Source of the DNA: a candidate division WOR-3 bacterium
GTDB taxonomy: Bacteria > Hydrothermota > Tepidihabitantia > Tepidihabitantales > Tepidihabitantaceae
Direction of reading: 5' to 3'
Length of the DNA stretch: 64,000 nucleotides
Assembly: GCA_965649205.1 (NCBI GenBank)
Contig: CBFGJV010000011.1
Coordinates: forward strand, 15,455-79,454
Below, one piece after another: positions 16,954 to 26,783 of this stretch; position 1 is the stretch's first letter, and each line of letters opens with the position of its first letter. The position numbers were made by a program, and so were the translations under genes. The notes beneath the pieces are model-generated. The model saw nothing but the letters and a program-made list of their open reading frames with translations, was not told where the DNA came from and did no database searches.

Positions 16954-18045
16954 TCAGGTGGTGAGATTGATTTCTGTTTGGGGGTCAAAAAAGTGAAGTT
17001 TCGCAAGGTCAAAGGAGATTGCTATCTTGGTGCCGGGTTTGGGTGCACAGTTGGGGGGGACACGGGCAATGAGGGAGGCGTCCTGAAGTTTAAGGTAAAG
17101 GATGTTTTCGTTGCCCATCAGTTCTGCCACTTCTACCAAAGCTAAAGCATGAGGTTCAGAGTCAGTTTGCGTGGCGGCGATGATATTCTCCGGCCGAATA
17201 CCCATAGTTACCGTCTGACCGGAAAGACGCTGGAGTCTGGGGGAAAGGGTAGGGGGTAATGTAAGAGTGAAAGCGGGATGAATGAATCGCACGGGGTTTT
17301 GCTCTATTCTGCCTTCCAGAAAGTTCATCGGTGGCGAGCCGATGAATCCGGCTACGAAGCGGTTGGCTGGTCTGTTGTAGAGAGTCAAGGGGTCGTCCAC
17401 CTGAAGAAGTCTGCCGTCTTTCATTACTCCAATACGTTGGCCCAAAGTCATAGCTTCTACCTGGTCATGGGTGACATAGAACACTGTGGTCTCCAGACGG
17501 AGGTGCAGGCGGGCCAATTCGGCTCTCATTCCTACTCGGAGTTTGGCGTCCAGATTGGAGAGGGGTTCATCGAACAGAAATACCTGCGGATGACGAACAA
17601 TGGCGCGACCCACGGCTACACGTTGGCGCTGTCCGCCAGACAAAGCAGCCGGTTTGCGGTTAAGCAGTTCGGAAATACCCAGTATTCTTGCTGCTTCTTC
17701 TACGCGTTGTTTGATTTCCGGCTTCGGTACCTTGCGTAGTTTCAGGGCAAAGGCCATATTTTCGTACACGGTCATATGAGGGTAAAGGGCATAGTTCTGG
17801 AATACCATAGCCACGTCGCGGTCTTTGGGTTCCAAGTTATTTACCAGCCGGTCACCAATGTAGATCTCGCCGGAGGTGGCTTCGTCCAGACCGGCAATCA
17901 TACGCAGAGTGGTGGATTTGCCGCACCCCGAGGGACCGACCAGGACGAAAAACTCCTTGTCCCTCACCTCCAAGTTCAAATGGTCAACGGCAACTACGCC
18001 TTTGTCGAACACTTTGGTTAGGTCTTTGAGAAGAATTCGACTCAT
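16954..18045 (-). CDS. Sugar/G3P ABC transporter ATPase (MalK/UgpC/MsmX family)
   Basis: GPSGCGKS, FQNYALYPHM, LSGGQRQR, DEPLSNLD, TOBE-like tail. Confidence 0.93.
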   Translation of the reverse strand: MSRILLKDLTKVFDKGVVAVDHLNLEVRDKEFFVLVGPSGCGKSTTLRMIAGLDEATSGEIYIGDRLVNNLEPKDRDVAMVFQNYALYPHMTVYENMAFALKLRKVPKPEIKQRVEEAARILGISELLNRKPAALSGGQRQRVAVGRAIVRHPQVFLFDEPLSNLDAKLRVGMRAELARLHLRLETTVFYVTHDQVEAMTLGQRIGVMKDGRLLQVDDPLTLYNRPANRFVAGFIGSPPMNFLEGRIEQNPVRFIHPAFTLTLPPTLSPRLQRLSGQTVTMGIRPENIIAATQTDSEPHALALVEVAELMGNENILYLKLQDASLIARVPPNCAPKPGTKIAISFDLAKLHFFDPQTEINLTT

Positions 18046-18051
18046 ATCTGG

Positions 18052-18882
18052 TTACCTAGTAGACTCCTGGGGTTGCCACAGCAGGCTCAGTACCTTGGCA
18101 AGTGTTTCCTTAAGGTCACGGCGCTGGACCACCATATCCAAGGTGCCGTGTTTCAGACAGAACTCGGCAGTCTGAAAACCGGGAGGTAGTTTTTCCCCGA
18201 TGGTGCCTTCAATAGTGCGACGACCGGCGAAGCCGATGAGTGCGCCGGGTTCGGAGATATTCAGGTCGCCCAGCATGGCAAAGGAAGCAGATACACCGCC
18301 GGTGCAGGGGTCTACGGGTATAGATATATAAGGCACGCCTTCCCGGCGCAACAGCCCGATTTCTGCTGCAGTTTTGGCCATTTGCATCAGGGAGAACATA
18401 CTTTCCTGCATGCGGGCACCGCCGGAGGTAGCGATAATAATTAGAGGTAATCTTTCGGTACGGGCCAGTCTGGCAGCCCGGGCAATTTTCTCTCCTACAA
18501 CTGAGCCCATACTTCCGCCCATAAAGCCGAAGTCCATAACGCCGAATACAACCCGAATCCCGTAAATAGCAGCCCGGCCATATATGAAGGCATCCTTGCG
18601 ACCTGTTTTTTTCTGGGCCTGTCGTATTTTTTCTTCATATTCGGGAAAGCCTAAGGGATCAGCCGGGGCCAGATCGGCATCCAGCTCTTCCAGTTTGCCG
18701 TCGTCAAGCAAGATAGAGATATACTGCTCTGGGGTGATGCGAAAGTGGTGGCCACAGCGTGTACAGACAAAGTAGTTAGATTCCAGAGTTTTCCGATAGA
18801 GGATTTCCGAGCAGCCTTCACACCGAAGCCAGAGGCCATCCGGGGTCTGAGACTTGCCCGTAGGGACAGATTGCACAGGCAT
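18052..18882 (-). CDS. accD: Acetyl-CoA carboxylase carboxyltransferase beta subunit
   Basis: C4 zinc finger; FMGGSMG, SGGARMQE, GGVSASFA, GFAGRR. Confidence 0.95.
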   Translation of the reverse strand: MPVQSVPTGKSQTPDGLWLRCEGCSEILYRKTLESNYFVCTRCGHHFRITPEQYISILLDDGKLEELDADLAPADPLGFPEYEEKIRQAQKKTGRKDAFIYGRAAIYGIRVVFGVMDFGFMGGSMGSVVGEKIARAARLARTERLPLIIIATSGGARMQESMFSLMQMAKTAAEIGLLRREGVPYISIPVDPCTGGVSASFAMLGDLNISEPGALIGFAGRRTIEGTIGEKLPPGFQTAEFCLKHGTLDMVVQRRDLKETLAKVLSLLWQPQESTR

Positions 18883-18984
18883 TGCGGAAGTATAGAAGTG
18901 CCACTGAAAGTGTCAACAGTCGAGCTGTTTTCATGCCGGTGACTCAGGGTTGACCCTGGGTTGAACACAGTCTATGCTTTCAAT

Positions 18985-19578
18985 ATGAATACAACCGGTG
19001 TAGCGGCTGGCGTACTTAGCGTGGTGCTGGGAGTGTTGGTGTGTTTTTTCGGCTACAGGCTGCTGCGGGGTACTCTGGCGGTGGCTGGATTTACCGTGGG
19101 TGCTTTGCTGGGAGCTGCCCTAGCTTCGTCAGTGCTGCACAGTTCAGGAGTGTTTGTAGTGGTGGTGGCGGTAGTGGCCGGCATTCTGGGCGGGGTACTG
19201 GCTGCGGTGCTTTACAAGGCTGGGGTGTTTCTTCTCGGTGCGGTCGGTACCGCATTGCTCGTGGGAGTGGTTATCGTCAGCACTGGTGGGATGCCAAAGA
19301 CATTGATATTAATTTTGTTTGGTATCGCCGGCGGACTGCTAACCTTGCTATTTCAGAGGCTACTAGTCTGCATACTGACAGCTTTTACCGGAGCAGGAGG
19401 AGTGGCGTTGGGTATATTCCAGTTGTGCGGCTGGTACGCAGGTGACATTAGTTACCAAGCCCTTACCCAGTTGCGTTCTGCGATAAAACATTTGGACTGG
19501 ATGGTGGTGTTGTGGGGCGTGCTGGCCATTGCCGGCACTGTTGTGCAGTTACGGCAGCATTACAAGAGAAAGAGGTAG
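18985..19578 (+). CDS. DUF4203-like multi-TM protein
   Basis: CFFGYRL..TAFTGA..G..VQ pattern; ATG 6 nt after TATGCT. Confidence 0.75.
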   Translation: MNTTGVAAGVLSVVLGVLVCFFGYRLLRGTLAVAGFTVGALLGAALASSVLHSSGVFVVVVAVVAGILGGVLAAVLYKAGVFLLGAVGTALLVGVVIVSTGGMPKTLILILFGIAGGLLTLLFQRLLVCILTAFTGAGGVALGIFQLCGWYAGDISYQALTQLRSAIKHLDWMVVLWGVLAIAGTVVQLRQHYKRKR

Positions 19579-19581
19579 AAA

Positions 19582-19860
19582 GTGAAGAGAGACGGTAAAA
19601 GTGATATACCTGGACCGCAACGAGAGCATTTGCAACATGGCCGGGTAGGACAAGAGATGCTTTTTCTGGTAGAGCAGTCCCCAGATGGCGGTTATAGTGC
19701 CCGGTGCGAGGGTGAATGTGTGTTTACCGAGGCAGACAGCTTAGAAGAGTTGCATCAGCAGGTGCGGGACGCAGTATGCTGTCATTGTGGAGAAGAATGC
19801 CCCGAAAGAATAAGGCTCAGGTTTTCAGGGTCAGGTCGGGAAGAGGTCATTAGTCCGTGA
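19582..19860 (+). CDS. hicB: HicB-like antitoxin (start uncertain)
   Basis: FLVEQSPDGGYSA..FTEADSLEEL..VRDAV; overlaps hicA. Confidence 0.75.
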   Translation: MKRDGKSDIPGPQREHLQHGRVGQEMLFLVEQSPDGGYSARCEGECVFTEADSLEELHQQVRDAVCCHCGEECPERIRLRFSGSGREEVISP

Positions 19861-20108
19861 AGTTGCCGCGGGACATGTCAGGAGCGCAGATGGTGCGAGT
19901 ACTGCGGCGCCTGGGATATGAGGTGATACGACAGTCAGGGAGCCATGTGCAACTGGCTGTAAGCCGTAACGGTTTTGTCCACAAATTGACCATACCGATG
20001 CACAAACAGTTGAGAATAGGCACTCTGGATGGTGTGTTGGAAGCGGTAGCGGCGCACCTAGGGATGGAAAGAAGTCGCGTAGAGGAGAAGGTTTTGATCG
20101 GCCGATAG
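19857..20108 (+). CDS. hicA: HicA mRNA interferase toxin
   Basis: LRRLGY..RQSGSH..TIPMH..L.IGTL. Confidence 0.9.
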   Translation: MKLPRDMSGAQMVRVLRRLGYEVIRQSGSHVQLAVSRNGFVHKLTIPMHKQLRIGTLDGVLEAVAAHLGMERSRVEEKVLIGR

Positions 20109-20166
20109 CCGATTTACCCAGTGGCTTATAGGAATAACATACACTTTTACTAGAAAGGATTGTGGT

Positions 20167-22746
20167 ATGAGAAGAGCAGTGATTTTGTGGGTGGTACTGG
20201 TGATGGCCGCCAGGGCAGGTGAATTTCTGGGCGTAGTATCAGGAACCAGACCAGAAGCGCTGACTGAGCATGTGGCAGTTGTAGGAATGATGGGGGATGA
20301 GGTGATAGTCGTGGGTAAAGATACTTCCAGTATTGTGCTGGCTGGAGGTCGTGTGCTGGACGAGATTATGCCTCATAAGCGTTACCTGCGTGTTCATCTG
20401 CTGGCAGGTGCTGAAGACGTAGAATTGTATGCTCTAGGCCGAGTACTTCTTGTTGCCGGAGAAGAATATCTGGTGGTTACCGATGAGTCAGGTGAGCAGA
20501 GTATACCCGGACTGCGGGCGTTGGTAGCACCTCTGAACTTGGAGTCCTGGGTTATGTCCGGGAAGGATACGGGCGATAAAGATCGGGAACCGATTCTGCC
20601 CCAGGTAAAGGCTGATCCGCTAATACAGCGAATGGTAGAAATGGTCTCGTCGGATACGGTTTTGTCCTATGTCCGACGACTGCAGCAGTATCGCAGCCGC
20701 TATTCCACCGGTGATTCCTGTAAGGCAGCGGCTCAGTGGCTGGCTGCCCGGTTTCGCGCCTATGGATGCGATACCGTAATTTTGCAGCATCATACCACAA
20801 ACCATGCGCCGAATGTTATTGGCGTGAAGTACGGTGTTCTCGGGCAGCGTAACCTTTATGCGATTATTTCCGGCCACTTTGATTCTTATGCGGCTTCAAA
20901 TGCACCGGGTGCAGACGACAATGCCTCGGGTACCGCCGCTACACTGGAAGCGTGCCGGGTTATGAAGGATTACCGGTTTGAGAGGGATTTGCGGTACATT
21001 GCCTGGTCGGGCGAGGAATTTGGCCTCTATGGCAGCAAGTACTATGCGAGTCAGGCGCGAGCAAAAGGAGACAGCATACTTGCGGTGTTGAACTTTGACA
21101 TGATTGGTTATGCGGACACTCGGCCGGAGAATTTAGACTTGATGGCCAAGAATGCTAATCCGGCATGTGGTCCGCTGGCACAGTGGTTCCGGGCAGTGGC
21201 CGATACTTACACTGCTTTGCGTTGTACAGTGCAGATGATGAACGATAACCAGAATTCCGATCATGGCCCCTTCTGGAACAACGGCTATCTTGCCCTGACG
21301 GGTATAGAGGATTTCTGGCCTTCCAATCCTTACTACCATACCTCTCGCGATTCCATCGGGTTCGGATATAACGATAACGAGTTCTGTACGCAGGTGACGC
21401 GAGCCGCGGTGGCCGCTTTGGCTACCCTGGGACGGCCACTGGCTCCAGACAAACCCTGGTTGAGTTTTCAGCGAAGCTGGATAAACGACTCGGTAGGTAA
21501 CCGCAATGGTCGCTGGGACCCAAATGAGAGCGTGGCGGTGTATGTCAAGTTGCGCAATATGGGAACCGAGTCGGCCCACGGCGTAACGGCGCTTCTCATA
21601 ACGGAGGACCCGCTTGTCACCGTGCACCGGTCAGAGGCTTTCTACGGGGATGTGCGTGGTCAGGACAGTGCTCAGTGTCTGGAACCATATTGGGTGAGCG
21701 CGGCGGTTCATACCCCGCAGGAACATCAGGTTATGTTCCAGCTGACTATTATCTCCGCAGAAAGTACTTGGACTGATCGGTTCAGTTTGACTGTGGGCGA
21801 GATACTGTCCACAGACCCGATACCGGATGGACCACGACTGCCGCCTCTATACTGGGCTTTTGATGATATTGACCGCAGGTACGAACAATGTCCTGAGTTC
21901 TCCTGGGTAGAAATAAGAGGAAGGGGGATGAAGCTCAGTTTCAGCCATAATGATTCGGTGAAAGTGGTGAATTTGCCATCAGAGTTCGGTCCCTGGCGAT
22001 TCTACGGTCAACGTTATACGCAGGTGTCTATCAGCGCAGACGGTTGGATTTGCCCGGGCAACAATCGGCAGCCCTACTATACCAACGTACCTTTGCCACA
22101 TGCTTCGACGCCTCCGGGGGCAGTTTTTCTCAACTGGGACGATCTGTATCCGGATACTTCCCGTACTGTGTGGTATTGGCACGATATGGCAAATCGCCGG
22201 TTCATCGTGGAATACGACAGTGTGGCCTACTATGCTGCACGTACCTTGCGAGATAAGTTTCAGGTGTTGATATACGATACCACCTCGGCGCCCGGCTCCG
22301 GTAATAATCTAATAGTTGTGCAATATCTGACGGCCAACGGTTATACCAGCTCCACCGTGGGAATTCAGGACCCTTCGCGTCAGATTGCAATTCAGTACTT
22401 GTACAACGGTTTGCTGGCAAAAGGAGCGGCAGGTATTGTTCCTGGCCGGGCCATAGCCTACTGGGCGGATATGCCAACCGGGATCGTAGAGGAGCGGTTG
22501 CCGCATACAGCCCGACGTGCTAACTACTGCGGTCCAACCATAGTCAGGGGAATTTTGAGATGGGGAGAATATGAGAGAGGTGCAGGCTGCCGGGCGGAGT
22601 TGCTGAATACGGCGGGAAGAAAGGTAATGGAGTTAACAGAGGGAGTGAATGACCTTCGCGGCCTGGCGCCAGGTGTTTATTTTCTCTTAGAACCAGGGTT
22701 TGGGACCCAGTCGCAGATGGTGCGGAAGGTGATAGTGGCGAAGTAG
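20167..22746 (+). CDS. Secreted M28 metallopeptidase with T9SS-like C-terminal domain
   Basis: GHFDS, GADDNASG, GEE.GL.GS, NFDMIG, SDH, YHT; C-term APGVYF..RKVIV. Confidence 0.9.
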   Translation: MRRAVILWVVLVMAARAGEFLGVVSGTRPEALTEHVAVVGMMGDEVIVVGKDTSSIVLAGGRVLDEIMPHKRYLRVHLLAGAEDVELYALGRVLLVAGEEYLVVTDESGEQSIPGLRALVAPLNLESWVMSGKDTGDKDREPILPQVKADPLIQRMVEMVSSDTVLSYVRRLQQYRSRYSTGDSCKAAAQWLAARFRAYGCDTVILQHHTTNHAPNVIGVKYGVLGQRNLYAIISGHFDSYAASNAPGADDNASGTAATLEACRVMKDYRFERDLRYIAWSGEEFGLYGSKYYASQARAKGDSILAVLNFDMIGYADTRPENLDLMAKNANPACGPLAQWFRAVADTYTALRCTVQMMNDNQNSDHGPFWNNGYLALTGIEDFWPSNPYYHTSRDSIGFGYNDNEFCTQVTRAAVAALATLGRPLAPDKPWLSFQRSWINDSVGNRNGRWDPNESVAVYVKLRNMGTESAHGVTALLITEDPLVTVHRSEAFYGDVRGQDSAQCLEPYWVSAAVHTPQEHQVMFQLTIISAESTWTDRFSLTVGEILSTDPIPDGPRLPPLYWAFDDIDRRYEQCPEFSWVEIRGRGMKLSFSHNDSVKVVNLPSEFGPWRFYGQRYTQVSISADGWICPGNNRQPYYTNVPLPHASTPPGAVFLNWDDLYPDTSRTVWYWHDMANRRFIVEYDSVAYYAARTLRDKFQVLIYDTTSAPGSGNNLIVVQYLTANGYTSSTVGIQDPSRQIAIQYLYNGLLAKGAAGIVPGRAIAYWADMPTGIVEERLPHTARRANYCGPTIVRGILRWGEYERGAGCRAELLNTAGRKVMELTEGVNDLRGLAPGVYFLLEPGFGTQSQMVRKVIVAK

Positions 22747-22773
22747 TGTACGCAAGCCAGCAGATGCGGCCTG

Positions 22774-22998
22774 ATGATTACCCTTCTGCTTACCGTCTGG
22801 ATAGGGATAATGGTGGCGCTAGCCTTGCTTGTGGCCTGGTTGCTTGTTTCCCGATTTCCGGAGGTGTTTTTTCAGAGCAGAAACTGGCGCGACAGCGCTG
22901 AGGGGAGAAGAGTACGGATGGTGCTTCTGGTTGGAGCTGGTGTGGGCGTGATTACAGCCGGAGTCAGTCTCGTTCTGTTTTTCGTGCGTCGGGCGTAG
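22774..22998 (+). CDS. Small two-TM protein
   Basis: Two hydrophobic helices. Confidence 0.5.
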   Translation: MITLLLTVWIGIMVALALLVAWLLVSRFPEVFFQSRNWRDSAEGRRVRMVLLVGAGVGVITAGVSLVLFFVRRA

Positions 22999-23431
22999 CC
23001 GGCTTTGCAGGATTGGGCAGGAGAAATCCTACAAGCGGAGACCAGTCGGTGTACCACTTCCAGTTGGGACTGTAGCCCCTTACCCGCCACCAGTAGGCTC
23101 CGTGCCGGTAGAACCCTACACTAGTTTCGCCTCCGTAGATTTTGTTCTGGAATGCATACTGTTTTTCCGGCACCGACAAAGAATCGGTGTAAACCTCCAC
23201 CTGATAGTAGTACGCTCCTGACACAATCTGCCATTTCAGAGCTACGTCCTGAGGATATGCATAGTGCGGAATCAAAGTATCGTTTTTCGGCTCGATCTGC
23301 ACCGGCGGAGCCGGAGGGTCTTGTTTCTGCGGATCATGAGGAGCGAAGCCAAAGGGATTCTGGCAGATGGAGAAAAACAGGATAGATGTAAGCAGCAATA
23401 GACTAAGACGCACCGAAGCGAGCAGTTTCAC
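22964..23431 (-). CDS. Exported hypothetical protein with Fn3/Ig-like strand pattern
   Basis: Signal peptide; LKW..Y.VEV..YWWRVR..WS; ATGA overlap with the PIN/TRAM gene. Confidence 0.65.
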   Translation of the reverse strand: MKLLASVRLSLLLLTSILFFSICQNPFGFAPHDPQKQDPPAPPVQIEPKNDTLIPHYAYPQDVALKWQIVSGAYYYQVEVYTDSLSVPEKQYAFQNKIYGGETSVGFYRHGAYWWRVRGYSPNWKWYTDWSPLVGFLLPNPAKPATPDARKTERD

Positions 23432-23988
23432 TTCAGTTCCACGAACTTGGGTCGGGCGAAAACTATCCTTCCCAGGTTGGTGTCCAGATTGCCCTGTACT
23501 ACTACTTCGATGTCCTGTCCCACCAGGTCCGCTGCATTCTCGATCACCAGTTTGATACCGCCATCCAGGTAGCCGATACCTTCGTTTTTCTCCTTTCCTT
23601 TTTTGGCTACCCTTACCCGCACCTCTGCGCCGGGAAGAAACTGAGGTCTGAAAAGATTGTAGATCTCAGTGAGCACTACAACCTGGTCGGTTCCCAAGGA
23701 GACAAGGTCAGGGATGGTAGTAAGCAGCAGAGCTTTATGTTTCTTTAAGGCTGCAGCTAAGCTAGCACGGTCGCGCAGGCGGGCATCAGATTTGACTGTG
23801 ATGCCTTTAATCTTGCGCAGAGCAGCAATTGTTTCCCGTGCACGCTGGTTGCGCAGGTCAGTGTCTGAGCCGGGCTCGGGTACCAGCAACGTACCACTTA
23901 CTAGGCCCAGCTGCAGAAAACGGACAATCCTCGGATCGGAAAGAGTGTCGAGGTCCAGAATGAAGGTTCTGGGTTTGCGAAAAAGCAT
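23428..23988 (-). CDS. YacL-like PIN/TRAM protein, degenerate PIN and no TM region
   Basis: C-term GKEKNEGIGYLDGG..VIENA..GRIVFA; located downstream of radA. Confidence 0.75.
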   Translation of the reverse strand: MLFRKPRTFILDLDTLSDPRIVRFLQLGLVSGTLLVPEPGSDTDLRNQRARETIAALRKIKGITVKSDARLRDRASLAAALKKHKALLLTTIPDLVSLGTDQVVVLTEIYNLFRPQFLPGAEVRVRVAKKGKEKNEGIGYLDGGIKLVIENAADLVGQDIEVVVQGNLDTNLGRIVFARPKFVELK

Positions 23989-24024
23989 GGTAATAACCTC
24001 CGTAAATGGTCAAAACAGGACGCA

Positions 24025-25392
24025 TCACGAAATCCCCAAAATTTCCAGAGCGGCGTTGACTGTTTCGACCGGGAATAGTTGCAGCCCCGTGTTCTTGCGC
24101 ATTCTGGATGGCAGATTGCGGCGGGGCAGAATTACCTTCTTGAATCCGAGTCGGGAAGCTTCGCTGATGCGGGCTTCGACGCGGGCGACAGAACGTAGCT
24201 CACCGCCCAGTCCGACTTCGCCGATGAGAACTGAGTTGTCGGCGAGAACGACATTGCGGAGAGAAGAGGCTAAAGCGGCGAGTACAGCTAGGTCAGCGGC
24301 CGGTTCCTGAATTTTGAGTCCGCCGGCGATGTTCAGAAATACATCGTGTCCGGCGGCAGGAATTCCGGCTCGACGTTCCAGAACACAGATGAGCATATTG
24401 AGACGACGCAAGTCAAAGCCGGTGGCGACACGCTGGGGAAGAGCGTAGGGGGTTCGTGCCGCCAAGGCCTGTATTTCTACCAAAAGAGGTCTGGTTCCTT
24501 CCATAGTGGCACAGACAGCCGAACCGGAAATGTCCGGGCGTCGGCCGGAAAGGAAGAACTGAGAAGGATTGCAGACTTCAGATAGACCAGAATCGGACAT
24601 TTCGAACACCCCGATTTCATCAGTCGGACCAAAACGGTTTTTCGCGGCACGCACTATCCGGTACTGCTGCATCTGCTCGCCTTCAAAATACAACACCGTA
24701 TCTACCATGTGTTCCAGAGTCTTGGGGCCGGCTATAGCGCCGTATTTGGTAACGTGGCCAATGAGAATGGTGGTAAGAGTACGGGCCTTGGCCAGACGGA
24801 GAAGTTCGGCAGTACATTCCCGGACCTGAGAAATACTCCCGGGCGCACTGGTAAGATCGGAGCTGTACAGGGTTTGAATAGAATCTACAACAAGTAGACC
24901 AGGATGGATTTCACTGACGGCCTCTATGAGCTCTCCCAGTTCGACGGAACAGAGCAGGGTGATATTGTCGGGATGCACTCCCAAACGTTCGGCCCGCAGT
25001 TTTACCTGTTCAGCTGATTCTTCGCCGGTGACATACAGTACGCGTATGTGGTCCTTACCGAGCCGGTCGCATAACTGCAGGGTAAGGGTGGATTTGCCGA
25101 TGCCCGGCTCGCCGCCAATCAGCACCAGAGAGCCTGTGACAAGTCCACCGCCGAGTACCCTGTCGAGTTCAGCCAGTCCGGTAGTCTGGCGACGTTTCTG
25201 TTGCGAAGTGACTTCTGCCAACGAGATTGGCCGGGCCGGAGCCGCGGTACGCACCCGGCGGTTGCGACTGGATTTCTTCTCTTTGCGGTCCTCTTCTACA
25301 AAAGTGTTCCATTGATCGCAGCCAGGACAGCGGCCCAGCCAGCGGAGGCTGGTATAGCCGCAATTTTGGCATACGAAGGCGGAGGCTTTCAT
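24025..25392 (-). CDS. radA: DNA repair protein RadA/Sms
   Basis: CQNCG..CPGC, GEPGIGKS, KNRFG; start taken at ATG 25392. Confidence 0.96.
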   Translation of the reverse strand: MKASAFVCQNCGYTSLRWLGRCPGCDQWNTFVEEDRKEKKSSRNRRVRTAAPARPISLAEVTSQQKRRQTTGLAELDRVLGGGLVTGSLVLIGGEPGIGKSTLTLQLCDRLGKDHIRVLYVTGEESAEQVKLRAERLGVHPDNITLLCSVELGELIEAVSEIHPGLLVVDSIQTLYSSDLTSAPGSISQVRECTAELLRLAKARTLTTILIGHVTKYGAIAGPKTLEHMVDTVLYFEGEQMQQYRIVRAAKNRFGPTDEIGVFEMSDSGLSEVCNPSQFFLSGRRPDISGSAVCATMEGTRPLLVEIQALAARTPYALPQRVATGFDLRRLNMLICVLERRAGIPAAGHDVFLNIAGGLKIQEPAADLAVLAALASSLRNVVLADNSVLIGEVGLGGELRSVARVEARISEASRLGFKKVILPRRNLPSRMRKNTGLQLFPVETVNAALEILGIS

Positions 25393-25394
25393 TC

Positions 25395-26783
25395 TTAGTC
25401 CAGCGGTATTTCTTCGTCCATTACTGGTTCTTCGTAGCCTGGGGGTGCCAGGTCTTCGAAACGCATGCAATGCTTGAGGAAAACAAGGGGGACGGTGGCG
25501 AGGGGGCCATTGCGTTGCTTGGCAATGATGACTTCGGCTTTACCCTCGGCGTCTGGGTCGGTAGGAAAGTAAAATTCCCGGCGGTAGAGTAGTAGCACGA
25601 GGTCCGCATCTTGTTCTATAGCTCCGGATTCGCGCAGATCGGCAAGCTCGGGACGCTTGTCTTTGCGTTGCTCGGGAAGACGTGAAAGTTGGGATAACGC
25701 AACTACAGGTACATTTAGCTCTTTGGCCATGGCCTTGAGTGAACGGGTGATTTCGGTTATTTCCTGTTGACGGTTTTTTTCCCGTGTACGCGGGCCGCTT
25801 GCTTCCATCAGCTGCAAATAGTCGATGAGAATCAAGTCCAGCGGCTTTTTGGCACTCTGGCGCCGGGCACGAGCGCGGATTTCCAGAGCGGTGAGCGCGG
25901 GTGAGTCGTCGATGAGAATGTCCGCGTCGTTCAGGCTCGTTGCGGCCCGCAGCGATGCCCGTTCTGCTCCGGAAAGCCTGCCGCTGCGCAGGTTATGCAT
26001 GGATATGCTGGCTTGAGAACAGATTAGCCGCTGTACCAGAGACTCGGTGGACATCTCCAGACTGAAAATTGCTACCGAATGTCTTTCGCGGCCCGCGTTG
26101 ACGGCGATATTAAGAGCAAAGGCTGTTTTGCCCATGGAAGGCCGGCCGGCAATAATGATAAGTTCTCCGCGTTGCAGCCCGCAGGTGAGCGCGTCCAGTT
26201 CTCTAAATCCTGTGGGTATGCCGGTAGTGGCGGGTTTTTGTATGGCGACGTTTTCAAATCTGTTTATTTCTTCCTGCAGCAGCTCCTTGATATGGATAAA
26301 TCCTTTGCGAGTACCTGACTGGCGGATTTCAAATATCTTCTGCTCCGCCTGATCGAGCAGTTCTTCCGGGCGCCGGCTTTCATCCCAGGCATTCTGGACA
26401 ATTTCGGTAGCGGTTTGAATAAGCTGACGCTGGATGGATTTTTCCAGAATCAGCCGGGCGTGTTCCTCGCAGTGGGCCGTGGTGAGGATTGACTCCACTA
26501 ACGAGGCAAGAAAGGGCGGTCCGCCAATGTTGTCCAGTTGTTTCATGCGCCGCAGTTCGTCTGTTACTGTTACTGTGTCAACAGGGGAGTTGCGATCGAA
26601 AAGGTTTACCGCTGCCTTATATACCTGGCGGTGGCTGGGCAGATAAAAGTGTTCAGGATTTCGCCCCAGAATTTCAATGACCAGAGCAAGAGCCTGCGGG
26701 TCTTGCAGCATGGCAGCAAGCACTGCCGCTTCGGCGTCCAGCGCTTGAGGAAGACGGCGAGTGAGTTCTTGGTTCTCAGGCAT
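25395..26783 (-). CDS. dnaB: Replicative DNA helicase
   Basis: GRPSMGKT, IDYLQL, LSQLSR, DLRESGAIEQDAD, KQRNGP. Confidence 0.96.
   Translation of the reverse strand: MPENQELTRRLPQALDAEAAVLAAMLQDPQALALVIEILGRNPEHFYLPSHRQVYKAAVNLFDRNSPVDTVTVTDELRRMKQLDNIGGPPFLASLVESILTTAHCEEHARLILEKSIQRQLIQTATEIVQNAWDESRRPEELLDQAEQKIFEIRQSGTRKGFIHIKELLQEEINRFENVAIQKPATTGIPTGFRELDALTCGLQRGELIIIAGRPSMGKTAFALNIAVNAGRERHSVAIFSLEMSTESLVQRLICSQASISMHNLRSGRLSGAERASLRAATSLNDADILIDDSPALTALEIRARARRQSAKKPLDLILIDYLQLMEASGPRTREKNRQQEITEITRSLKAMAKELNVPVVALSQLSRLPEQRKDKRPELADLRESGAIEQDADLVLLLYRREFYFPTDPDAEGKAEVIIAKQRNGPLATVPLVFLKHCMRFEDLAPPGYEEPVMDEEIPLD

Noticed and set aside
25395..26783. Inteins in dnaB (or rtcB)
   Set aside because: Both have normal lengths and contiguous motifs
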